Virus record (IMG/VR): IMGVR_UViG_2563367173_000013
Reading direction: 5' to 3' (one strand)
DNA length: 64,000 bases
Origin: an uncultured virus (IMG/VR IMGVR_UViG_2563367173_000013)
Taxonomy: Duplodnaviria; Heunggongvirae; Uroviricota; Caudoviricetes
Shown: positions 22,553 through 33,755 of the stretch, piece by piece
Layout of the letters: every line of letters begins with the position of its first letter
Position numbering within the stretch: the first letter of the stretch is position 1
Notes under the pieces: model-generated
The model's input: only the letters and a program-made list of their open reading frames with translations
Told to the model about the DNA's origin: nothing
Databases searched by the model: none
Position numbers and translations under genes: made by a program

Positions 22553-24254
22553 CTAAATAACCGCACATAAATCCCTTTCAATAGTTTCAAATACACGTTC
22601 AGCAATAAGCCTGTTTGCCTCAGTTGAATAGTGACACATATCTATATATACTTGCTTTTTTCCCTCAAACATTGATAATAAATTAATATAAAACGGATCT
22701 GTATCACCTGATGCCCTAATCTTATAATCTTCAATATGGCTCTTATGTTCTGTAAGTTCAAACATACCTGTTTGAATCAGATCATATGATTCGTCTGTGC
22801 AATTCATTGGCTGCAAAAAATTATAAACTCTCGCTCCATGGTATTCTGCAGTCAGTTTTATTATTTTTGATACACGATACCAAAAATCAAATAACGACTC
22901 ACTGCTTTTTATCCCACTAATCATGTCTCTACTGCCACTTACTTTAGCATCTCCTAACCAGGTATTGAATTGGTTTACTACTTTCCTTTCAGATGTATTA
23001 TTCACACCACTAAAACTAATTACAAAATCAGGTCTCAACGGCTCTATGTCCCTGATCATACGTATATATTCGTCAACAATTCCATATGAACACATTGCTC
23101 CGTTATAAATCACCGGATCATATCCTGCTTCTGACAATCTTTTATAAAAAAATTCAACCCATGAAATAGTTCTGTATACATTACTAGTCGAAGTCGACCC
23201 TCCAAGAATCATTATTTTCACTTTTGCTAAATCTTCATCTCCATAAACATCGTACCCTGGATATTTTTCATTTACATAAATTCCACGATCCAAAAGTATA
23301 TCTCTTTTAATAACATGTGCACTCCAGTCCGCCCTGCATGTACACCAATTTGTCGCTGTATAATCCAGTCTCTCCAATCCAAACCCTAAACTATCAAGTA
23401 TATCAAATACCAATTCACTTTGTTCAGTATCTTTTTCAGCAACTATTACGCTTATATCATTAATATCCTCGTATCCAAGATCATAAATACTATCTTTATA
23501 AATCTCTCTCTATATCAATCTGATATTTCCAGAATATCTTTTTCAAATACTGCGCATATTCATCTCCCTTATTATATAACCATAAATTTTTCTTTTTATA
23601 TAATGCAAGATTAATAACTTGAAAAAAATTCATATTTGAAATAACATTTTTGCTCATAAAATAAAATATATATTTATCCATATTGTAATAATTCAGTTGA
23701 TCCAACATCTCTTTAATGTTACTCTCTATATCTGATGCCACAATGATGGCACAATTATTCTCCTGTTTAATCTGTTTCACAGGAAGTACTGTTTTCCCAC
23801 ACCATTCCTCAATTCTTCCTAGTGCTGTAACACATACTCCCTCAATTGCTATCCCCTTATTCTGTAATATATCATATATCTTTCCACCATTACCCCCTAT
23901 TCCGTATAAATATATTTTTTCCTTACTTAATTCTTCATTCAAATCAAGAATTTCATCTTTATATAAAATATCCACATCCTGTCCAATAGATTTTTGAAGG
24001 TCCTGTTTTTCATTTATTTCCGATATTATTAGAATAGAATGAGACAATTCTTTCAACTGGGAAATATTGATAATTGGTCTGTTTACAAAACTTTCTCCTA
24101 TAAATCTATTATCCATATCAAAAAATGCGTAGACATCTATGGAATGATTTAATGCAAGATCTGTAAAAAGATTTACCGAAGTACGATTTACTCCATAAAC
24201 AACAATCTTGTAATTCTTATATTTATTTGAAAGAGTATATAAATTTTTATACAT
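22553..24254 (-). pseudogene. SGNH-fold paralog 4 (two Rossmann-like modules + SGNH), frameshifted at (GA)4 at 23503-23511
   Basis: Colinear with 29336..31090 and 34993..36720. SGNH blocks LGGSTS, NGA..YG, FSGVNN, YIDMCHY. Confidence 0.85.
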
Positions 24255-24292
24255 AGATTCTCCCCTCCAATATTTTTTTCACATACAAATAT

Positions 24293-24517
24293 TTATATTA
24301 TCTTTTCAACTAATTCAATAATCGCATTTTTGTTTCTAAAATTCGACGCAGTAACATTTTCAGCAGCAATTTCAATGCCAAACTCTTCTTCCAAATCATT
24401 CACTGTATTCAATATTGTATATGAGTCAATAACACCATCTTCCATCATACTATTCCCATCATAATCTAATGCTTCCTCACAATTCTCTTCTAAAATTTTC
24501 AATATTTTTTCTTCCAT
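24293..24517 (-). CDS. Acyl carrier protein (DltC-like)
   Basis: Small acidic protein; GVIDS Ppant serine; LEEEFGIEI; NF.N..AI. Confidence 0.85.
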   Translation of the reverse strand: MEEKILKILEENCEEALDYDGNSMMEDGVIDSYTILNTVNDLEEEFGIEIAAENVTASNFRNKNAIIELVEKII

Positions 24518-24548
24518 AATTTTTACCATTCCTTTCGCTTCGCTCAAG

Positions 24549-25839
24549 GCACAAACAAGTTATGAAAAAATGTTGTGCCCCTCCACTCTTTGTTTTATAA
24601 TTCTTATATGGAATAGCAATACACTACAGAGCACGGAAGAAGGAGTGGCGAATTTATTTCGATCCCGTATAATCATATGTGCCGTCATCCTTTCAAACAC
24701 AAACAAGTGGGACTTTGAACCCGGACTCTTATCATTGGTAATAACTATGTTTATTCAGTCGCAGAATGACAGTCACTGTTGCTATTCCTTTTTTATAAGG
24801 TGGTGATACTTATGTTGAAGTTAAAATACTCCATCTGCTGTGGGCTTGACATCCACAAAAATGTTATCGTTGCAACCATCGTAATTACTAACAAGGACGG
24901 AATATCCGAACACAAACAGAATTCTTTTTCAACCATCAATTCGGATATCAAAGGTTTCATAACTGGCTCATTGAGAATAATTGTTATCACGTTTGCATGG
25001 AATCCACAGGAAAGTATTGGATTCCTATTTTTAATTTTCGCGAAAATGACATGGATGTCTGCCTTACACATCCTGAATATGTCTAAGCCATTAAAGGCAA
25101 AAAAACGGACAAAAAGGATTCCAAATGGATCGCCGACCTTTAAGTTTGACCTTGTCAGATCTTGATGACATGATTACCCAGACCGAAGTGGAACTCTATG
25201 TCTGTATCAAGCCTTATTATGAGTTTGTGGAGTTTGTCAATACCATATCTGCCATAACAGAATTAAGTTCCACGATTATTCTTGAAGAAACAGGCGTCAA
25301 TATGAACCTTTTTGATGACGCAAAACACCTGTGTTCCTGGTTCGGACTTTATCCTTCCAATAATGAATCCGCTGGTAAAAAAAATCTTTCGAATTGCCAA
25401 AGCAGATGATTACCTGAAACCGATGATGGTACAGTGTGGCCTTACCGCAATAAAGAGCAAAAAGCAGCCTTATTTTGCAATTAAATATGACCTGATCAAA
25501 AAGCGTCGCGGTCACAAGAAAGCGATCATTGCCATTGCAAGAATGATGATGGGTTGTATTTGCCACATGGTATCTGAAAAGAGGCCTTTCACTCCTGCTG
25601 ATTATGAGGAATTGATGAACCCTCAAAATCATATGAAGCGTGTTGTCCTGAATGAAAGCAATACTCTGGTATTTTTAGCGGCCCAAGGTTATGATACTTC
25701 TAAATTAGTTAATTGCAACGATAACTAAGCTCAAAAAAGCAAATATACATTCTCTAAAAGGATATTTTATGACCCTTTATTTAAGTGCGCCTCAAAATCC
25801 ACTTTATTTTTCACTCTTTTCTCATCATACATTGCACAA
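24549..25839 (+). mobile_element. Degenerate IS110-family element (transposase remnant 24812..25728), flanked by GCACAA at both ends
   Basis: CGLDIHK; in shifted frames CMESTGKYWIP, SNNESAGK and KKAIIAIAR. Multiple frameshifts and an apparent internal deletion. GCACAA at 24549-24554 and 25834-25839. Confidence 0.85.
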
Positions 25840-25882
25840 GAAATCCTTCTTAATCTTACAGTTATCTTTTTAATTCATTTAT

Positions 25883-28105
25883 TCAAACCAATCCCGCCAG
25901 TTCCATACAACTTTGCTTTGTTGTTTCTACCATCATTTTAAATGCATTCTCATATTCTTCTTTTCTCAAATTCTTTTGTATTTGAGAAGTATTGCTATCA
26001 TTATTGTCTGGTATCAACGGAATTTCTATACAAGAAATTTCTTTTTGCGGCAAAATTTCTTTCATCACTTCATTAAACATTTTCACTATTTCTTGTTCTG
26101 GTTCTTTTTCAACAAAGCAGCGGGTAATATGCAAGGGTCTAGCTATATAATCGACAAATCTATTAATATAATATCTTGAATAATCATACACTCTCTGCTC
26201 TGTTTTAATTAAATTTCTGGGAAAATTTGTTCCAAGAAGATCAAATAAACCACTTGGCACAATCATAATGTTCTTTAAATCCATTGTTCCTTCAACTACC
26301 ATTTTAAATCTTTGCTCAAAAGGAAATAAACATGATCGATAACCATCATTTTCCGTTATAAACAGAATCAAAAAATCAACCTGCTGTCCAGCCTGCTCTA
26401 TTAAATAGCGGTGTCTCTTATCAAAGGGGTCACAATCCATAGTAAGCGCCCCCCTACTCTGCCCGATAAATTTCTTATTACAGTCTGCAAAATATTTATT
26501 CCAATATTTATATTCTATATATTTCTTCATTATATCATAAACATTGAACTGAACTTTTTGATGGTTTGAGATAGTTCCTTTAGACAAATAAGGTTCTACT
26601 ATTTCTAAAATATCACCTGCAACTACTTGATTAGCCTTATGATTTTCATGTATGAAAGAATCAGTAACCCATGTACTGGGAATCCTATGTCTTTCAAAAA
26701 TCTGATTCCAAGATATTTGTGGTATATTTACAAATTGTCTGCTTAGATCTGTAGGAAAATAAATAACTATATCATTTTTACAAAATTGACCTATTTCTTC
26801 TAATTTTTCATCCAGTTTATATGGCGAAGCTAAATCTCCATAATTTTCCACCCGATACAGATATTCTTTTTCTATTAAATTTTTTTGCAAAATACTTGCA
26901 ATTGTATATTGATCCTCTACGAGAGTTCCTAATATCATGCATTTTCCAAAAAGATAAATTGTTCCTACATTCTCCTCCGGCTGAAAGCAAGTAATTCTTC
27001 TTCCATTTCTTGCATTGAAATACTTTCCGTAGACAGAACTTTTATCATATACAGCACTTTCTCCAAATATTTCTTTTTGTGCTTTTTCTGTAATATAATC
27101 TTCATTTTGGTATAGATCATCATAAAAATCTGGATTTTGATTTTTTTTAGGCCATGGCTCCTTAATACTTAATGGATACTTTTTGAGTCTTTCTTTTATC
27201 TCTTCATTAAATTTTTCAGTATATTCTGACAATTTATCCGTACCTTCTAAATTCTCTGAAATCAAGCAAAAACATTTCACACCTTTTTTCACTAACTCAG
27301 AAAAGAATATACTAGCCAGATCATCTACCTGATTCCCATATATAAATTCAGGTTTTATGATTTTCATATTATACAATTCATTTTCTTGCATTATTTTAAT
27401 CAACAAGCTCTTATAGGTTGTTAATTTTGAATGATATTTCATATTCACCAGTTTATTTTTGTTGTCTAAATAATGTTTCTGTTTATCATATAGACTCAAA
27501 TTTATTTCAATCAGACACTCTGTTCCTATTTTCTCATCCTCATCCACAAAAATAAAACATGCATTTTCTAATATTTTATTTACGATCTGTTCTTTGTGCA
27601 AAATTTCGTATTTAATACCTGAATCAATTAGACATTTAATTAATAATCCAAAAAAAGACTGCTTATTTTCAATTGGCTTAACCACATATATTGTATCATA
27701 TAATTCTAATATTTTCTTACTACCCTCTCCATTCATTAACATTCTTTGATTTCTCTTGATAAATAGCAAATCGTCCCATTTTGAATATTCGCCAATTAAT
27801 TCTCCCATTTTGTTAACAACAGGTAATTTCTTAATCCCTTTTGCTGCAAATATCCTGTATGCTTTTACAATATTATGACCAACCAGTACCGTAAAAGACT
27901 TATTGATTTTTATTTGCCTGCTATATTCAATTTTATGCAAAACTTCTTTGAGACATATAATTCCATAAAGTTGCTTATTTTTTATAATATAAATAATCTC
28001 AGAGGTTTTCTCTAAATACAGTTGTCGAAGTTCATCACATGATATTGTTTCTGCTTCATCTTTAATTTCACATATTGCAAGCTGTGCAATATCTCTTCTC
28101 TCCAT
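25883..28105 (-). CDS. Multidomain protein: CBS-like + SGNH-like + citrate-lyase-ligase (CitC)-like nucleotidyltransferase domain with degenerate motif
   Basis: KKLPVVNKMGELIG; YLFGKCMILG...DSFIHEN; MDCDPFDKRHRYLIEQA, FPFEQRFKMV..GT, IARPLHIT.CFV..EP. Confidence 0.65.
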   Translation of the reverse strand: MERRDIAQLAICEIKDEAETISCDELRQLYLEKTSEIIYIIKNKQLYGIICLKEVLHKIEYSRQIKINKSFTVLVGHNIVKAYRIFAAKGIKKLPVVNKMGELIGEYSKWDDLLFIKRNQRMLMNGEGSKKILELYDTIYVVKPIENKQSFFGLLIKCLIDSGIKYEILHKEQIVNKILENACFIFVDEDEKIGTECLIEINLSLYDKQKHYLDNKNKLVNMKYHSKLTTYKSLLIKIMQENELYNMKIIKPEFIYGNQVDDLASIFFSELVKKGVKCFCLISENLEGTDKLSEYTEKFNEEIKERLKKYPLSIKEPWPKKNQNPDFYDDLYQNEDYITEKAQKEIFGESAVYDKSSVYGKYFNARNGRRITCFQPEENVGTIYLFGKCMILGTLVEDQYTIASILQKNLIEKEYLYRVENYGDLASPYKLDEKLEEIGQFCKNDIVIYFPTDLSRQFVNIPQISWNQIFERHRIPSTWVTDSFIHENHKANQVVAGDILEIVEPYLSKGTISNHQKVQFNVYDIMKKYIEYKYWNKYFADCNKKFIGQSRGALTMDCDPFDKRHRYLIEQAGQQVDFLILFITENDGYRSCLFPFEQRFKMVVEGTMDLKNIMIVPSGLFDLLGTNFPRNLIKTEQRVYDYSRYYINRFVDYIARPLHITRCFVEKEPEQEIVKMFNEVMKEILPQKEISCIEIPLIPDNNDSNTSQIQKNLRKEEYENAFKMMVETTKQSCMELAGLV

Positions 28106-28193
28106 TTTGTCGCTATCCTCCTACAATCTTCAACTATCCGCAAACTTTAAAAGGCATACTTTATTTCACACTTTCTATATTTAGCTTTAACCT

Positions 28194-28517
28194 TTAAAAT
28201 ATATATATAAATTCATTCAACTCTTTTTTATTATCTTTTATTTCTAAATCAACTGGTTTATTTTTCATCGCTGCAACTGATACAGGTTTTACAATATTCT
28301 CCATATAAGCATCTGCAGACCACAAATCTTCTAATTTTCTCTTTAGCTCTGTAATTGTTTCAAACCCATATTCCTCTATATACGCAATTCCATCATGTAA
28401 ATCAAAGCAGCTTTTTGCATTCTCATCTTTCTTTGGATAATGATAATTTCCCGTAAATTGAACACTCCAATCATATATCCTATCTGTTTCCTTTTTTTCC
28501 ATGCTTTTCTTCTCCAT
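28194..28517 (-). CDS. Small soluble protein with C-terminal EFIYIF (tyrosine-tail family, copy 3)
   Basis: Clear paralog of 31578..31889 (DRIYDWSVQ, FDLH.G..YI.EYG). Confidence 0.8.
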   Translation of the reverse strand: MEKKSMEKKETDRIYDWSVQFTGNYHYPKKDENAKSCFDLHDGIAYIEEYGFETITELKRKLEDLWSADAYMENIVKPVSVAAMKNKPVDLEIKDNKKELNEFIYIF

Positions 28518-28526
28518 AATTTCAAA

Positions 28527-29361
28527 TCAATTCTTTAGTCCCAATACATAAAAAAAACCTGGATAATATTTTTTGCATTTTAAGTGCTGCATACCAATGG
28601 CATATAATTTTTTCTCCATCGCATATAATCTATCCAAATTGTCAATAGCTTCATAATTATTAATAGATGTACTAACAAGGCTTACACTCGTTTCTCGAAA
28701 AATTTCAACGATCTCCTTCAATGTATGCTGCGACTCATATGGATGAAGTACCTGATCCAAAAACCAGCTTCTTGCCTGTTCATCATCTTCATGCCTTCCA
28801 TCCAATTCTTTGTATTTTCTAAATAGGCTGTCTTCATCCATTCCTTTTTTTCTCATTTCATTAAAATAATTCAAAAAAGGTGCTCTACCATATTTATGAT
28901 ATAGTCCTATAAAAATCCTTCCTCCTTGCTTTGTTAAATCTACACAATGTATTACCCCCCCCCTTAACATCCGAAGTATGATGTAAAACACCGTTTGAAA
29001 TAACAATATCTTTAGGCTCGCACTGATATTGGAACAAATCCGCACATTGAAAATCGAGATCTGTACCCAATATCTCCATACATTTTTTAGCGGAATCAAC
29101 AGCAACTGAATTAAAATCTATCGCCGTTATGTTTGTCCCATAATAATATGCAATCGAATTACTCAGCCATCCTGTTCCACACCCCATTTCCAGAAGAGTA
29201 TCTGCCTCGTAGAAATCCTCAATATTGGGATAAATATCAATTACAAGATTTTTTTGTTTTATAATTTCCGCCATAGTTTCCGGCGATCTCATAGTATTAA
29301 ATGGAAGTCGCTTATAAAATTCCAACACATCATTCCTAGCGCCTGTATATTGAACATTCAT
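28527..29361 (-). pseudogene. Class I SAM methyltransferase frameshifted at G9 (28955-28963); possibly phase-variable
   Basis: LEMGCGTG, SNGVLHH. G8 would read DVKGGVIHCVDLTKQGGRIFIGLYHKYGR...WFLDQVLHPYESQH. Confidence 0.85.
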
Positions 29362-31090
29362 TTTTATCCTCCTGTTCATTTTGTATTTTATGCTTAACAG
29401 TTTCTTCAATATCCTGTTTCATCGCATTAAAGACATGCTCTGCAATAAGTTTATTTGCTTCAACTGAATAATGGCACTCATCAATATACATATCTTTTTT
29501 TCCTTCCAACATAGATGCCAGATTTATATAAAACCTGTCTGTCTCCATCAAAGCCCTACTCTTATAAGCTCCTACATTCTTTGACTTCTCTGTATTATTA
29601 AATATACTTGTTGATACTAAATCAACTGTTTCGTCTATACTTATCATTGGCTGCAAAAAACTATATACTTTCGCTCCATGATACTCTGCAACTAACTTCA
29701 TGACTTTTGATATACGGCACCAAAAATCATACAACTTCTCACTGCTTTTTATTCCACTAATCATATCATTATCATATTTTAATCTTCGTTTTCCAAACTC
29801 TATATTAAATTGATTTGCAGCTTTTTCATTAATTGTGTTATTTATACCACTAAAACTAATAACATAATCAGGTCGCAAAGGCTCTATATCTCGCATCATA
29901 TGTAAAAACTCATCTACAATTCCATATCCACCTACTGCACCATTATAAATTATAGGACTGTATCCAGCTTCTCGCATCCTTTCATACAAAAAGTTCACCC
30001 ACGAAACAATTCTATATATATTACTAGTCGATGTCGAATTTCCAACTATCATTATCTTTACTTTCGCATATTTTTCATCTCCGTAAACGACATATCCCGG
30101 ATATCTTTCCGTCGCATAACTGTTACTCACTAAAAGACTATCACTTTTCGTTTCCTTATAATATGCATATGGTTTATATGTACAACAAATAATCGCTGTA
30201 TAGTTTAATTTTTCCAAACTAAATCCCAAACTGTCGAGTACATCGCAAACTCGCTCACTCTCATAAACATTTTTCTCCGCAACAATTACGGTGATATGTT
30301 TAATATCCTCATGCACAAGCTTGTATATATCTTTACCATAAATTTCTTGATTGATATCAATCTGATATTTCTTTAAAATCTCTTTCAAATATTGGGCATT
30401 CTCATCTCCATTATTATACAACCATATTTTGTTGTGTTGTAATAATGCAATATTAATTATTTGGAAAAAATTCCCCCCTGCATAATCTTTTCTAAAAAAA
30501 GGAATATACTTTTCTATCTTGAGATCAACCAACTTCTCCAGCATATTCTCTAAAGTAATCCAATTATCAGTGGCCAGTATAACAGAACAATTACTCTCAT
30601 GTTTGATCTTTTCTATCGAAAGTATCTCTTTCCCGTACCATCTGTTGACCCTTCCCAGTTTTGTGACACATGCACCACAAGGTTCTATTCCGTTCTCTTT
30701 TAAAGTATCATATATATTTTCTCCCCTTTTGTCTATTCCATATATATATATCCTCTTGTTATTCATCTCTTCATTAACTTCAAGAACTTCATCTTTATAA
30801 AATACTTCTATCCCTTGTCCAGCACACTTCTGTATCTCTTGTTTTTTACATACTTCAGGTATTATTATAATAGCGTTATTTATACTTCGCAACTGAGCAG
30901 TATTAATAATATTCCTGTTAACAAAATACTCTCCTGTAAACTTGTCATCTGCATCCCAAAATGCATGGATATTCACTTTATGGTTTAAAACAAGGTCCGT
31001 AAAAAGATTTATCGAAGTACGGCTCACTCCATAAACGATAATCTTCTTATCCTTGTATCTTTGCGATAACATATATAAACATTTGAGCAT
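29336..31090 (-). CDS. SGNH-fold paralog 3 with two N-terminal Rossmann-like modules
   Basis: VGNSTS, NGAVGGYG, FSGINN, FLQP, YIDECHY. Confidence 0.85.
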   Translation of the reverse strand: MLKCLYMLSQRYKDKKIIVYGVSRTSINLFTDLVLNHKVNIHAFWDADDKFTGEYFVNRNIINTAQLRSINNAIIIIPEVCKKQEIQKCAGQGIEVFYKDEVLEVNEEMNNKRIYIYGIDKRGENIYDTLKENGIEPCGACVTKLGRVNRWYGKEILSIEKIKHESNCSVILATDNWITLENMLEKLVDLKIEKYIPFFRKDYAGGNFFQIINIALLQHNKIWLYNNGDENAQYLKEILKKYQIDINQEIYGKDIYKLVHEDIKHITVIVAEKNVYESERVCDVLDSLGFSLEKLNYTAIICCTYKPYAYYKETKSDSLLVSNSYATERYPGYVVYGDEKYAKVKIMIVGNSTSTSNIYRIVSWVNFLYERMREAGYSPIIYNGAVGGYGIVDEFLHMMRDIEPLRPDYVISFSGINNTINEKAANQFNIEFGKRRLKYDNDMISGIKSSEKLYDFWCRISKVMKLVAEYHGAKVYSFLQPMISIDETVDLVSTSIFNNTEKSKNVGAYKSRALMETDRFYINLASMLEGKKDMYIDECHYSVEANKLIAEHVFNAMKQDIEETVKHKIQNEQEDKNECSIYRR

Positions 31091-31577
31091 AAATATACCT
31101 TCCTGTTCTGTCAAACCCTAAAATTTTAAATTTACAAGATTTAACGTATTTTTTTATCTCTAAATAAAGCTAATAGTGTTGGGTAGTCAAGGTATCATGT
31201 ACTAAACATGTATAAAAATGCTTACAGTAAAATGTGAATCACAGTTTAAGGAGAATTTATCCCAAAGTTAAGAATCATAACAGGATATGTTAACTAAATT
31301 AAGGGGCAAATTCTCCACAAAGTGGTGAGTACAGATCATGGGAATAATTTTTCAAACATGCTCTAAATATTTTTTTTGAATTCGTAGTTTACAATTGCAT
31401 TCTTTAATCAATCATAGTAATAGTATTCGTTATAGACACCTTACATATTTATTAGATTATTACCCACAAGCGACTAGTCAATAACTGTCCAAAATTACAT
31501 AGAATATCTTTATTATCAGCCCTTTGTATAGTTTAAATTATACAGAAATCTCCCATTCGCTTAACTGTTTTACATAT

Positions 31578-31889
31578 TTAAAAAATATATATATAATCAT
31601 CTAAATTTTTTACATCTGCCTTTGTTTCCCAATGATTTGGCTTGCCTTTCATTATGGAAATTGCTACTGGCATTATAATTTTCTCCATACAGGCATCTCC
31701 AGACCATATACACTCCAGCTCCATTCTTACTTCTGCAATTGTTTCTTTCCCCCCATACTCTTTTATATAGGTATCCCCTTCATGCAAATCAAAATAACTT
31801 TTTGCATTTTTATCCATCTGAGGATAATCATAACTTCCCTTTTGCTGAACACTCCAGTCATATATTCTGTCTATTTCTCTATTTCTCAT
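31578..31889 (-). CDS. Small soluble protein with C-terminal DYIYIF (tyrosine-tail family, copy 2)
   Basis: Starts 17 bp after the carbamoyltransferase stop; paralog of 28194..28517 and 48960..49283. Confidence 0.8.
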   Translation of the reverse strand: MRNREIDRIYDWSVQQKGSYDYPQMDKNAKSYFDLHEGDTYIKEYGGKETIAEVRMELECIWSGDACMEKIIMPVAISIMKGKPNHWETKADVKNLDDYIYIF

Positions 31890-31906
31890 ATATCTATACT
31901 CATTCC

Positions 31907-33742
31907 TTAATCCAATTCATAACGTTCCTTCCAGTTTTCATTTTCATACCATTCTGGCTGTTCCTCTTTTTTGAGCAGAATATCTTCCAAAACCAGCACA
32001 TCCATGTCTGTGCGCATAAAACATTCATATGCTTCCTGCGGTGTACATACGATTGGTTCTCCCCTGACATTAAATGAAGTATTGACTACAACACTGCATC
32101 CTGTAATTTTTTTAAACTCGTTGATTACTTCATAGAAATATGGATTTTTCTCTTTTGAGACAGTTTGCACCCTTGCGCTATAGTCCACATGTGTCACAGC
32201 TGGAATATCCGACCGCTTTTTTTTCACAATTTCCAACATGTTGCCATCATATTTTTTCAAATTTTCTTTCAGTTCAAATGCATTTCTCCTGTTCCTGCCC
32301 ACAGCTGCAGTTAAAAGCATATATGGACTGTCATCATATAATTCAAAATATTCTTCCACATCTTCCCGTAGCACTGAAGGCGCAAATGGCCTAAAAGACT
32401 CTCTATATTTAATTTTCTGATTGAGCTTCACCTGCATAGTTTCAGAACGTGCATCCGCAATAATACTTCTATTTCCAAGCGCCCTTGGTCCAAATTCCAT
32501 TCTCCCCTGAAATAATCCAATAACCTTTTCATCTGCCAATTCTTCAGCTATCTTTCTATATATTCCGTCACCTAATTCATGATACAAATATCCATTCTTA
32601 TTTAGATAATTCTTTATTTCCACATTCGAAAATTTTGGACCAAGATAACTACCCTTTTGTGAATCGTCAGATTCCACTCTGCGCTCACACCCAAAATATC
32701 CATATGCTGCATACAAGGCACAGCCTAGACTACCTCCCGCATCACCTGCCGCGGGCTGAATCCATATATTTTTGAATATGCCGCTTTTTTTTATCTTCCC
32801 ATTTGCAACACAATTCAGTGCAACACCACCTGCCAAAACCAGATTATCAATTCCTCCGCCATAGCTTTCTTTTGCATGTCTGGTCATCCGCAGAATAATG
32901 TCTTCCGTTATCTTTTGAACAGACGCGGCAATATCCATCTCTCTTTTTGTAATTTCTGATTCCGGTTCCCGACGCGGCCCACCAAATAACTCCTCCATTT
33001 TTTTGTTCGTCATAGTTCGTCCATACTGATAATCAAAATAATCCAGACACATCTCAAAAGAACCATCTTCTTTAATGTCCAGCAATTTTTCCCGTATTAA
33101 ATCTTCATAAATCGGCTCACCATATGGCGCTAATCCCATAAACTTATAGTCACCTGAGTTTACCTTAAATCCACAAAAATAAGTGAAAGCACTATAAAGC
33201 AATCCCAATGAATGGGGAAACCTCAGTTCTTCCTTTATTTTGATTTTTTCTTTGTCTCCGATACTAATTGTTGTAGTCGCCCATTCGCCAACTCCGTCCA
33301 GAGTTAAGATTACTGCTTTCTCATATGGTGATGGATAAAACGCAGATGCCGCATGAGAAATATGATGTTCACAAACAAGAAATTTACGATTCGAATTAAC
33401 CCCCAGCAATGTATCTACTTTTTTATGTATCCACATTTTCTCAGAAAACATCGTATCAAAATTGCGATTTATCACATCCCTTGAATCTGCTCCAGCTGCC
33501 AGTATATTCTTCATATAACGATCAAGTGTTTTAAATGGATTATCATAAAACACCACTGCAGCTAAATCCGCGCCTGTGATATTTCCTTCCTTAAGACAAT
33601 AATCCACTGCATTCTCTGGCAAATGCCAGTCATGCTTTATCCTTGTAAATCTTTCTTCCTGCGCTGCTGCAATAATATCTCCATCTGATATTAATGCAGC
33701 AGCTGAATCATGATATAATGCAGATATTCCTAATATATACAT
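31907..33742 (-). CDS. O-carbamoyltransferase (NodU/CmcH/SxtI family)
   Basis: LGISALYHDSAAAL, QEERFTR, EHHISHAASAF, DGVGEW, LAGGVALNC, EFGPRALGNRS, NTSFNVRGEP, C-terminal WKERYELD. Confidence 0.95.
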   Translation of the reverse strand: MYILGISALYHDSAAALISDGDIIAAAQEERFTRIKHDWHLPENAVDYCLKEGNITGADLAAVVFYDNPFKTLDRYMKNILAAGADSRDVINRNFDTMFSEKMWIHKKVDTLLGVNSNRKFLVCEHHISHAASAFYPSPYEKAVILTLDGVGEWATTTISIGDKEKIKIKEELRFPHSLGLLYSAFTYFCGFKVNSGDYKFMGLAPYGEPIYEDLIREKLLDIKEDGSFEMCLDYFDYQYGRTMTNKKMEELFGGPRREPESEITKREMDIAASVQKITEDIILRMTRHAKESYGGGIDNLVLAGGVALNCVANGKIKKSGIFKNIWIQPAAGDAGGSLGCALYAAYGYFGCERRVESDDSQKGSYLGPKFSNVEIKNYLNKNGYLYHELGDGIYRKIAEELADEKVIGLFQGRMEFGPRALGNRSIIADARSETMQVKLNQKIKYRESFRPFAPSVLREDVEEYFELYDDSPYMLLTAAVGRNRRNAFELKENLKKYDGNMLEIVKKKRSDIPAVTHVDYSARVQTVSKEKNPYFYEVINEFKKITGCSVVVNTSFNVRGEPIVCTPQEAYECFMRTDMDVLVLEDILLKKEEQPEWYENENWKERYELD

Positions 33743-33755
33743 ATATTTTCTCCAA

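Noticed and set aside
31115..31577. 460-bp AT-rich intergenic gap with faint inverted ends (TGGGTA...TACCCA)
   Set aside because: The match is too short and there is no transposase remnant, so a mobile element or RNA cannot be supported.
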